A stretch of 35,309 nt of DNA, taken from NCBI GenBank assembly GCA_014729335.1, contig WJKC01000018.1, positions 1-35,309 of the forward strand, written 5' to 3'. The notes under the pieces are model-generated. The model did not search any database, had not been told where the DNA came from, and was given only the letters and a program-made list of their open reading frames with translations. Position numbers and translations under genes: made by a program. Shown in pieces: positions 1-7,460 of the stretch (its first letter is position 1; each line of letters starts with the position of its first letter). The DNA comes from an archaeon (lineage in GTDB: Archaea > Nanobdellota > Nanobdellia > WJKC01).

Positions 1-157
1 GGTCATTATCTGATAAAATAAGCGCCAGCAAGTTATGAACACAGGATTCCAAGCATCCTTGACCGCCGGCAGCTTCAATCTCGTAAACACTTTCTGAAAT
101 ATGCAAGTCGCAGTATAAGTCAAGCAGTTCATACTTAACATTTTTGAACAAGTTCAT
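1..157 (-). CDS. hypothetical protein, N-terminal fragment (gene runs off the window start)
   Basis: ATG at 157 on the minus strand, open to position 1: MNLFKNVKYELLDLYCDLHISESVYEIEAAGGQGCLESCVHNLLALILSDND. Absent from the ORF track because it is truncated. No motif recognised. Confidence 0.35.
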   Translation of the reverse strand, partial: MNLFKNVKYELLDLYCDLHISESVYEIEAAGGQGCLESCVHNLLALILSDND

Positions 158-236
158 CCTGACTATTATTTATTTTTCAAAACTTAAAAACGTTTGAAAA
201 AGCTTAAAAACCCTTAACTAATCGTGAAACAGTACA

Positions 237-1028
237 ATGCCAACCAAGAAGGAATTAGTTAAGAAAATTAAGAATAAGTACACCAAGCCTGAGTTAAAAA
301 AGAAGTGTAAAGGCTTATTAGATTTTAATAAGAGCGTAACTAAGAAGGACTTATTAAAGAAGCTTGAAGGACTTAAAAAAGCCGAGTTAGAAAAATTATT
401 AATAAAGAAAGAGGAGAAACCTCAGAAGAAAAAAGAGAAGAAGCGTGAGAAAAAAGAGAAAGGAATGCTTGTTCCTAATGATGATTACTTGAAATTCGGG
501 GTTCATATTGGGACTAAGAATAAGAGCCGGTTCATGAAGAACTTTATCTACAAGATAAGACCTGACGGCTTGGCAATATTTGATGTTAAGAAAATAAACA
601 AGCGTTTAAAAACAATATGTGAATACCTGGCTAAATTCGAGCCTGAGGAGATACTAATTGTTTGCAAACGGGAGAACGGTGAGAAGCCGTTAAAGATGCT
701 GTCAATGGCAACTGGTATTAAGACTATTACCGGGCGATACCTGCCTGGTATAATGACTAACCCTAATAATGACCAGTTCATTGAGCCTAAGGTGGTGGTA
801 GTGACTGATACTTGGTATGATAAGCAGGCATTAAGCGACGCGGTTAAGAGCGAAGCAGCCATAATAGCCCTGACTAACACTCATACAATAACAGCTAACG
901 TTGACATCGCCTTGCCGTGCAATAACAGGGGTCATAAGAGCCTGGCACTAGTTTACTGGATTATTGCCCGGGAGTATGCTAAAACCCGCGGCATGAAGTT
1001 TGAATTCGAGAAAGAAAAGTTCATATAA
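237..1028 (+). CDS. rps2: 30S ribosomal protein uS2 with a 76-aa lysine-rich N-terminal extension
   Basis: The core from M77 (MLVPNDDYLKFGVHIGTKNK ... ALTNTHT ... IALPCNNRGHKSLALVYWIIAREY) matches archaeal uS2. A TATA-like CTTAAAAAC lies about 26 nt upstream of ATG 237. An in-frame ATG at 465 would give a canonical-length protein. Confidence 0.9.
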   Translation: MPTKKELVKKIKNKYTKPELKKKCKGLLDFNKSVTKKDLLKKLEGLKKAELEKLLIKKEEKPQKKKEKKREKKEKGMLVPNDDYLKFGVHIGTKNKSRFMKNFIYKIRPDGLAIFDVKKINKRLKTICEYLAKFEPEEILIVCKRENGEKPLKMLSMATGIKTITGRYLPGIMTNPNNDQFIEPKVVVVTDTWYDKQALSDAVKSEAAIIALTNTHTITANVDIALPCNNRGHKSLALVYWIIAREYAKTRGMKFEFEKEKFI

Positions 1029-1119
1029 GTTGATTAAAGTTAATAAAGCACGCTTAACTTAGATGAAGTTAAATCTTTGTTAGAAAGGTTTATCTAATAA
1101 GATTTCATTTAATACTTTA

Positions 1120-1953
1120 ATGGCGTTGTTCTCACGCGAGATGGTGGCTGCTGGTTCATTCTACCCGGCTAATCCTGAGGAGTTAAGAGAGGTTATCGAT
1201 GACTTCTATACTGCGAAGAGGCCTTACAAGAAGAGGGAGGGCTTTCTTCAGGGGATGATAGTCCCGCACGCCGGTTACGTCTATTCAGGCAGGACTGCAG
1301 CAAAAGCTTTTTATGAGTTAAGCAAGCACGAGGCAAGGACTTTTGTAGTTCTCGGACCAAATCATACCGGCATGGGTGAGGACCTAAGCGTGATGTACAA
1401 CGCTGCTTATAAAACACCGCTGGGAAGGGTTAAGATTGACGCTGAATTAGGCAGGAGTGTCTGCAAAGAAATGAAGGTGCAGAATGACTTCCTAGCCCAC
1501 TCGCGCGAGCACAGCATTGAGGTGCAGCTGCCGTTCCTTCAATACTTATTTAGTGATGAAGTGAGGGTGCTGCCAATAATAATTGGTGACGTTGAAATAG
1601 ATGAGTTGAAAAAGCTGGGCAAGTTACTGGCTGATAAGGACGTGACAATCATCGCTAGCAGCGACTTCACTCATCACGGCAGCGCTTACGGCTACAGCCC
1701 GTTCCAGAACGTTAAGCTGGAATTAAGAGAGCATGATATGAAAGCTATAGAGTTAATACAGAAACTAAAGGTTAAGGAGTTCCACGAGCTAGGGAGGGGA
1801 AGCACTATCTGTGGTTACAAGCCAATCACCTGCTTGTTACAGGCTATGAAGTCAAGAGGGGCTGAAGCCAAGTTCCTGGAGTACTCAATAAGCGCTGACG
1901 TGACAAAGGACTACGAGAACGTGGTGGCTTATGCAAGCCTGGTGTTCAGATGA
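1120..1953 (+). CDS. MEMO1-family protein (AmmeMemoRadiSam system protein B-like)
   Basis: FYPANPEEL, IVPHAGYVYSG, LGPNHTG and HSIEVQLPFLQY motifs. AAAGGTTTATCTAA lies about 27 nt upstream of the ATG. Confidence 0.85.
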   Translation: MALFSREMVAAGSFYPANPEELREVIDDFYTAKRPYKKREGFLQGMIVPHAGYVYSGRTAAKAFYELSKHEARTFVVLGPNHTGMGEDLSVMYNAAYKTPLGRVKIDAELGRSVCKEMKVQNDFLAHSREHSIEVQLPFLQYLFSDEVRVLPIIIGDVEIDELKKLGKLLADKDVTIIASSDFTHHGSAYGYSPFQNVKLELREHDMKAIELIQKLKVKEFHELGRGSTICGYKPITCLLQAMKSRGAEAKFLEYSISADVTKDYENVVAYASLVFR

Positions 1954-2009
1954 TGATTATTAAACAGAGGAAGGGGTCTCCTTGACACTTATGAAAGCTT
2001 GATGTTCAA

Positions 2010-2375
2010 ATGATAATTAAAAATAAGACTAACGGCAAGGTATTGGCTCGTAATGCCTGGGTCTGTGAGTCTCTTAAGGCTAGGTGTAGGGGCTTAATGT
2101 TCAGACGCATCAGTGAAGAGGAGGGCTGCGTATTATTAAATCCTTATAATGATGTGTTGGGGGCTAGTATTCATATGTTCTTTGTGCCTCAGGACTTGGA
2201 AGTATTATGGGTTGACGAGGATTACAGGGTGGTTAGTGTCAGGAAGTGTCAGAAAGCAACCCTTAACCCGCTTACTTGGCGCACTTATACTCCTTCAAGA
2301 CCAGCCAAGTACGTAGTGGAATTACTAAACGCCAAGGGGACTTTAAAGAATGACAAGATACAATTCATAAAATAA
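2010..2375 (+). CDS. DUF192 domain protein
   Basis: GLMFRR, HMFFVPQDLEVLWVDED and YVVEL..G follow the DUF192 (COG1430) pattern; 121 aa. Confidence 0.7.
   Translation: MIIKNKTNGKVLARNAWVCESLKARCRGLMFRRISEEEGCVLLNPYNDVLGASIHMFFVPQDLEVLWVDEDYRVVSVRKCQKATLNPLTWRTYTPSRPAKYVVELLNAKGTLKNDKIQFIK
2331..2373 (+). repeat. direct repeat copy 1 (3' end of the DUF192 gene)
   Basis: gccaaggggactttaaagaatgacaagatacaattcataaaat recurs at 2422-2464 with one mismatch (42/43). The period is 91 bp. Confidence 0.95.
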
Positions 2376-2388
2376 AAAAAAGAGAGAA

Positions 2389-2414
2389 GGGGAGTTGAGA
2401 GGGGCAACAGCCCC
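2389..2414 (-). repeat. GC-rich hairpin element (family also at 18446-18516)
   Basis: The reverse complement GGGGCTGTTGCCCCTCTCAACTCCCC has the same layout as 18446-18473: G-run stem, short loop, C-run stem, then TCTC-W-AC-W-CCCC. The hairpin is GGGGC-AACA-GCCCC at 2401-2414. Confidence 0.7.
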
Positions 2415-2421
2415 TTCGGAC

Positions 2422-2464
2422 GCTAAGGGGACTTTAAAGAATGACAAGATACAATTCATAAAAT
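2422..2464 (+). repeat. direct repeat copy 2 (intergenic)
   Basis: Matches 2331-2373 at 42/43. It diverges exactly at the stop codon of copy 1 (aaatAA versus aaatGG). Confidence 0.95.
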
Positions 2465-2503
2465 GGAAATATTAATAACCTTTCTTAGTATTTGTTGAAG
2501 TTA

Positions 2504-3274
2504 ATGCTTGAAGCAGTACTAGTAGCGCTCGGGGTCTCAATCGGGGTTAATGTCTTAATGTTCATCCCTGCCTTTATTTATAAGACTGATAAACTAACTG
2601 ATTTATCTTACAGCTTGACTTTTATCATACTGGCAACCATTCTTTTCTTATTCAACACTTATAGTCTTTCTAAATTAATACTCTACTTCATGGTGGCTGC
2701 CTGGGGCGCGAGGCTCGGCACTTACTTATTCATCAGGATTCGTAAGATGAAGAAAGACCCTCGTTTTGATGACAAAAGAGGCGACTTCTTCAAGTTCCTG
2801 AAGTTCTGGCTGGTGCAGGGCTTAACTGTCTGGCTGGTGATGATGTCAAGCACTGTCTTCTTTAATTTAAGTAATACTAGTTTCAATTACTTGTCATTGA
2901 TTGGCTTAATAGTGTGGGGCGCGGGTTTAACAATCGAGTCAGTGGCTGATTACCAGAAATACCAGTTCAAGACTAACCCAAAGAATAAGGGTAAGTGGAT
3001 TGAGTCAGGGTTATGGCATTACTCAAGACACCCTAATTACTTTGGTGAGATAATGAACTGGGTTGGCATCTACTTATTCACGCTCTCATCATTTAACTTA
3101 TTAAACGCGCTGGTAGCACTGGCAAGCCCTGGTTACATAACAATCACTTTGTTATTTATCAGCGGCATCCCTCCTTTAGAAAAACACTCTGACAAGAAGT
3201 ACGGCAAGTATAAAGGGTACAGGGATTATAAGAAAAGGACCAGCGTCCTGATACCATGGTTTACTAAGAAGTAA
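2504..3274 (+). CDS. DUF1295 / steroid 5-alpha-reductase-like membrane protein
   Basis: Multi-TM protein with WHYSRHPNYFGEIMNW, the signature of the DUF1295/S5A-reductase/ICMT-like superfamily. The ORF track starts at TTG 2492. ATG 2504 is preferred because AAATATTAATAAC lies about 26-38 nt upstream. Confidence 0.75.
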   Translation: MLEAVLVALGVSIGVNVLMFIPAFIYKTDKLTDLSYSLTFIILATILFLFNTYSLSKLILYFMVAAWGARLGTYLFIRIRKMKKDPRFDDKRGDFFKFLKFWLVQGLTVWLVMMSSTVFFNLSNTSFNYLSLIGLIVWGAGLTIESVADYQKYQFKTNPKNKGKWIESGLWHYSRHPNYFGEIMNWVGIYLFTLSSFNLLNALVALASPGYITITLLFISGIPPLEKHSDKKYGKYKGYRDYKKRTSVLIPWFTKK

Positions 3275-3309
3275 TTAACTTTTTATTATCAAGAGTATTA
3301 CTAACTTTC

Positions 3310-3927
3310 ATGGCTTGCGAGGAAATGGTGTTCTGGGCTGGAGGAGTATTATTCAGCCTCACTAGTATAATGTTTTTATTGTTAAAAAAGAATAATGAGT
3401 CAATAGCCTCAATTAACTTGTTGGTTAATTGCATCACAATAGTCTCCTACGCAGTGATGATTTTCGGGCTAGGGACGATAACAGCGCCTAATGGCGAGCT
3501 AATCTACTGGACCAGGTGGTTATTCTACGCTGGCAGCTGCAGCTTATTAATGTATGAGACAGGGGTTCTTCTTAAGAAGTCAAAAACCACTATTAGTGAA
3601 ATGATGGTGTCAAACATTATTGTAATGGTCACAGGGTTCCTGGCAAGTTATACTATTGGTTTAAGCAGGATAGTTTTCTTCTCAATTAGCTCGGGAGCTT
3701 TCATCTACGTTTTATACTTAATTAATAAGAAGTCGGGCAGGAAGTCATTATTCAAGAAAACAATTAAGTGGTACATCACCCTGTTCTGGTCAATGTTCCC
3801 CTTAATCTGGCTGCTCAGCCCTGCTTACTCAATGGTGCTTAATGCTTACTGGACTGCCACGTTCTACCTGATTCTTGACTTCATTACTAAAGTATTGTAC
3901 GGCTTGTTCACGGTTAAAAAAAGCTAG
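3310..3927 (+). CDS. microbial rhodopsin, schizorhodopsin-like (F-S-E motif)
   Basis: Seven predicted TM helices. Helix C IYWTRWLFYAGSCSLLMYE, helix F LFWSMFPLIWLL and helix G LILDFITKVLYG (D190, Schiff-base K194) align to bacteriorhodopsin helices C, F and G. TATA CTTTTTATTATC lies about 25 nt upstream. Confidence 0.8.
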   Translation: MACEEMVFWAGGVLFSLTSIMFLLLKKNNESIASINLLVNCITIVSYAVMIFGLGTITAPNGELIYWTRWLFYAGSCSLLMYETGVLLKKSKTTISEMMVSNIIVMVTGFLASYTIGLSRIVFFSISSGAFIYVLYLINKKSGRKSLFKKTIKWYITLFWSMFPLIWLLSPAYSMVLNAYWTATFYLILDFITKVLYGLFTVKKS

Positions 3928-4403
3928 TTAAGCCAGGCAATAGAGAAGTTAAGAATAGTGGCTGCTGTGACCCACGCAAGGTAAGGCAGTAATAAGTAAC
4001 CAGCAGTCTTGTTAATACTTCTAAACTCAATCATGGTTGCCAGGATGAAGAACCATAAAAATATTATCTCAATTAACCCGCCAACCAGTGATTTAAAGCC
4101 AAAGAAGATGATTGACCATAAAGCGTTAAGACCTAGTTGAATAAGGTATAACGCGCATGCGAGTTTAGCATCCTTTGACTTGAAACCCTTAGTCCAGATG
4201 ATATAGAAAGAGATACCCATTAAGGTGTAAAGCGAGGTCCACATCGGGCCGAACAACCAGTTAGGGGGCGTTATTGACGGCTTGTTAAGCGACGCGTACC
4301 ACGTAGGGATTGATTGGAAAGTAAATATTGAGCCAATCATGCCAGCTGCCTGGGCAATGATTACTGAGATTATTAACTTTTTCCAGTCAATCTTTAACTT
4401 CAT
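3924..4403 (-). CDS. tspO: TspO/MBR family tryptophan-rich sensory protein
   Basis: WYASLNKPSITPPNWLFGPMWTSLYTLMG, LNALWSIIFFG and LLLPYLAWVTAATILN are classic TspO motifs; five TM helices. Confidence 0.9.
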   Translation of the reverse strand: MKLKIDWKKLIISVIIAQAAGMIGSIFTFQSIPTWYASLNKPSITPPNWLFGPMWTSLYTLMGISFYIIWTKGFKSKDAKLACALYLIQLGLNALWSIIFFGFKSLVGGLIEIIFLWFFILATMIEFRSINKTAGYLLLPYLAWVTAATILNFSIAWLN

Positions 4404-4422
4404 AATAAGCTATTAAAGATTA

Positions 4423-4992
4423 CTAATTAAAATACTTTTCAGCTTTAGGTAATAATTCATTAAGGAATCGCTTACCTGTCTCTGTCTTAAATAAAGGCGC
4501 TCTGAACTCTTTATAATGATTCAAGAATAAAGGGTAAACCTCTTCACTAAGAGTAGGAGTAACAGCTTCAACATCAATCTTAGATAAGTTATCAGCTTCA
4601 AAAACTAGTTGGTGATTACGTGATTTAATCTCAAGGTCATCATGATGCTTAACCAAGTAAATAATCTCCTTAATCTCAGGTTTAGAGTAATCGCCTAGTT
4701 TCTTAAGAATTACTTCAGCTTTCCTCGCGCCCTCAACAGCGTGGAACCTCTTTAATTCCTTAATCCGCTTAAGCCTGTCCTTGTTTAAGTCTTCAACAAC
4801 GGGGTAGCCAATGTCATGCAAGTACATAGCAGTCACAAGGACTTTCTCATCACCACCCTCCTTTTCAATTAATTTTCTCATCCAGTTAACAGCGTTAAGC
4901 GTGTGAGGCACATCCCAATCCTTCCTGCCTTTACTTAAGTGCTTTAATGCTTCTTTCTTTAATCGTTCTTCAAGCTCCTTAGTTAATTTCAT
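4423..4992 (-). CDS. HD-domain phosphohydrolase
   Basis: H..(N)..LHDIGY..HHD..D pattern (VPHTLNAV, MYLHDIGY, VKHHDD, EADNL). Its start overlaps the PfkB stop by 4 nt. Confidence 0.7.
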   Translation of the reverse strand: MKLTKELEERLKKEALKHLSKGRKDWDVPHTLNAVNWMRKLIEKEGGDEKVLVTAMYLHDIGYPVVEDLNKDRLKRIKELKRFHAVEGARKAEVILKKLGDYSKPEIKEIIYLVKHHDDLEIKSRNHQLVFEADNLSKIDVEAVTPTLSEEVYPLFLNHYKEFRAPLFKTETGKRFLNELLPKAEKYFN

Positions 4993-5834
4993 AATAACTC
5001 ATTAAGCTCCGAAATAGTTGCGCTGTTCCGAGCCCCCAGCTTGGTGACGCATATATTACTAGAGATGATGCCCCACCTGCAAGCCTCCTTTAATGACTTG
5101 CCTTTAAGATGAGCTGAGATAAAGGCGCTGGCAAAAGCGTCGCCGGCGCCAGTCGTGTCAGTCACAGGGTAGTCAAGCGACTTAGTTTTAAAAGACTCAT
5201 CCTTGGTGCGAAGGTAGCAGCCGTAGCGGCCCCGCTTAACAACCACTACCTCAACCCCAGCCTCAACTAGTGCCTGAGCAGCCCGCTTATAAGATAAGCC
5301 GGTGATGCTGCGAGCCTCCTCCACGTTAGGGAAGAACACCTTAACATTCTTCAGATAAGGCTTTAATTCATCAAGCTTATACTTAGAAATTGTTGAGCCA
5401 GGGTCAACACTGACGCTGCCCTTAACCTGCTTTAATAATGATAACGGGGGAGTGGCTAGGTGAAGGTGCTCTGCCTTGTTAAAATAAGATTTAAGTCTTA
5501 ATCCCTCTAAGTTAGTGTTAGCTCCAGGGTACTTGAAGAACTTCTTAAAGCGCTTCCGGGTGAATACGACGACGAACCCAGTATGCTCAGGCACCCGCTT
5601 AACTAACGGCTTAACACCCTCGCTCTCTAAGGAATCAACAACCCTCTCTGCAAAGGAATCCCTGCCAATAAAGCCTAGAAAGGCTGCTTCCAAGCCCAGG
5701 CGGGAGCAGCCAACAGCGAAGTTGCAGGCGCTGCCGCCTGCCCGGGTAATGAATTCCTCATTGGTTTTAAGGTTATTTGAATTAATAATCAAGTCAACAT
5801 TAGCATTACCAACACTTAAAACATCAAACACCAC
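4989..5834 (-). CDS. PfkB-family carbohydrate/nucleoside kinase
   Basis: N-terminal GNANVDL, GGSACNFAVG and C-terminal DTTGAGDAFASAFI are ribokinase-family signatures. GTG start, overlapping the ecfA2 stop. Confidence 0.85.
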   Translation of the reverse strand: MVFDVLSVGNANVDLIINSNNLKTNEEFITRAGGSACNFAVGCSRLGLEAAFLGFIGRDSFAERVVDSLESEGVKPLVKRVPEHTGFVVVFTRKRFKKFFKYPGANTNLEGLRLKSYFNKAEHLHLATPPLSLLKQVKGSVSVDPGSTISKYKLDELKPYLKNVKVFFPNVEEARSITGLSYKRAAQALVEAGVEVVVVKRGRYGCYLRTKDESFKTKSLDYPVTDTTGAGDAFASAFISAHLKGKSLKEACRWGIISSNICVTKLGARNSATISELNELL

Positions 5835-6612
5835 TAACCACTTCCTTAACAGTTAAGCAGTCATTCTTTAAACCCTTTACCCGCTGGCATACCCTGGTAA
5901 TCATTGGCGGTGACAAGCCCAGTTTCTTCAGTAATGACTTCTTAGAGAAAACCCTTCGCGTTGAGTCATCAAGCACTAACTTACCATCATCTAACACAAT
6001 AACCCTGTCACAAGTGCCGGCAATAAACTCAATATCATGACTAGCAACAATGAAAGTCTTATCCTCAGATAAGCTTTTAACAATCTTAGTCACCACTCGC
6101 TTGCCAACCGGGTCCTGGCCAGTGGTCGGCTCGTCAAGGATTACAGCGTCAGTATCCATTGCAAGTATTGAAGCAATAGTAATCAGCTTACGCTGGTTGT
6201 AACCAACATCGTAAGGATGTGACTTACGGCGCTTCCATAAACCAACCTTTTCCAATGAATCCTTAACACTTGACTTAAGCTCTTTCTTCTTAAAACCAAG
6301 GTTCCTGGGTCCAAAAGCCACCTCGTCAAAAATGGTTGAGGAGAAAATCTGGTCATCAGGGTTCTGGAAAACGTAGCCGACAATGCTTGATAAAGAAGCA
6401 ATGCTTTGAGGAACCGTGTCCTCGCCATTAATCAAAACCCTGCCTTTTGAAGGCTTCAGCAAGCCGTTGCACAACTTCATGAGCGTTGTCTTGCCGCTGC
6501 CGTTCTGCCCTATTAATCCAACGCGCTCGCCACTCTTAATACTAAAACCAATACCCCTCAAAGCAGTCACCCCCACGGGATACGTGAAGGATACCTTCTT
6601 AAAATCAATCAC
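5824..6612 (-). CDS. ecfA2: ECF transporter ATPase, EcfA2-like, with a degenerate ABC signature (cassette 1)
   Basis: Walker A GQNGSGKTT, Walker B AVILDEPTTGQD and H-loop ASHD are present. VGYNQ stands in place of LSGGQ. GTG start in a GTGA overlap with the ecfA1 stop. Confidence 0.85.
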   Translation of the reverse strand: MIDFKKVSFTYPVGVTALRGIGFSIKSGERVGLIGQNGSGKTTLMKLCNGLLKPSKGRVLINGEDTVPQSIASLSSIVGYVFQNPDDQIFSSTIFDEVAFGPRNLGFKKKELKSSVKDSLEKVGLWKRRKSHPYDVGYNQRKLITIASILAMDTDAVILDEPTTGQDPVGKRVVTKIVKSLSEDKTFIVASHDIEFIAGTCDRVIVLDDGKLVLDDSTRRVFSKKSLLKKLGLSPPMITRVCQRVKGLKNDCLTVKEVVSGV

Positions 6613-7460
6613 TTAACCACCTTCCTTAAACCCTCAACCGCCTCCTTAACGGTTATTGGGAGCTCCTGCTTCCATTTACGCTTTTTTTTCAAAGCCTCAC
6701 CTAATAAAGTAACAGGTAAGGGGTCAATCTTATTACGCTTCAACAACTTAGTATCACTAAGTATCTCCTGGGGAGAACCATCACGAACCACCCTGCCGTT
6801 ATTAAATAATATTATCCTGTCAGCGTAGCGGGCGAGGTACTCCAGCTTATGAGTAACAATAATGATGGTCTTGCCCTGATTATTCAACTTCTTAACTAAT
6901 GAGAACACTGCCTCAGTTCCGCCCGGGTCAAGGTAGCCGGTGGGCTCGTCAAGGATTAATATCTTAGGCTCCAACACTAAAACACTGGCAATACCAACCT
7001 TCTGCATCTGACCACCACTAACCTCAAAAGGGCTGCGCTTTCTCAATTCATATAAACCCACCCGCTTAAGCACTGACTTAATCCGCTTACCCATCTCAGA
7101 CCGCGGCACGCCGGTGTTCTCCAACCCAAAAGCCACTTCCTCCTCAATAGTCAAGCCCGCCCCAGTTAACTGTGACTTAGGCGACTGCATTATGATGCCG
7201 ACACGGGATGATAACTCGCCAATACTGCTATCCTGAGTGTCCAACCCGTCAATAATTACTTTACCGCCCTTAACCCTGCCCTGACTAAGATGAGGGACCA
7301 CGCCCATGATAGAGTAACAAAAAGCTGTCTTGCCGCTGCCGCTGGGGCCAAGTAAACCAACAAATTCACCCTTTTTTATTTTCAGATTAACTCCCTGCAA
7401 GTCATGCTCTTCCCGCTCAAAATAATGCCACTTGAAATCCTTAAACTCTATAACCGTCAT
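6609..7460 (-). CDS. ecfA1: ECF transporter ATPase, EcfA1-like (cassette 1)
   Basis: Walker A GPSGSGKTA, canonical signature SGGQMQKV, Walker B ILILDEPTGYLD. ATGA overlap with ecfT. Confidence 0.9.
   Translation of the reverse strand: MTVIEFKDFKWHYFEREEHDLQGVNLKIKKGEFVGLLGPSGSGKTAFCYSIMGVVPHLSQGRVKGGKVIIDGLDTQDSSIGELSSRVGIIMQSPKSQLTGAGLTIEEEVAFGLENTGVPRSEMGKRIKSVLKRVGLYELRKRSPFEVSGGQMQKVGIASVLVLEPKILILDEPTGYLDPGGTEAVFSLVKKLNNQGKTIIIVTHKLEYLARYADRIILFNNGRVVRDGSPQEILSDTKLLKRNKIDPLPVTLLGEALKKKRKWKQELPITVKEAVEGLRKVVK

Noticed and set aside
2331-2464. The 43-bp direct repeats as attL/attR of an integrated element.
   Set aside because: Only 48 bp lie between the repeats, so there is no cargo. A local tandem duplication or small-element insertion is more economical.
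3310-3927. Reading the rhodopsin as a bacteriorhodopsin or proteorhodopsin-type outward proton pump, or as a heliorhodopsin.
   Set aside because: The D85-equivalent position is Phe in the ungapped alignment anchored on IYW(A/T)R, so the DTD/DTE motif is absent. Helices F and G match type-1 rhodopsins (WSxxPxxW, DxxxK) rather than heliorhodopsin. An alternative alignment anchored on WLF with a 3-residue gap also lacks a carboxylate, placing Arg there instead.
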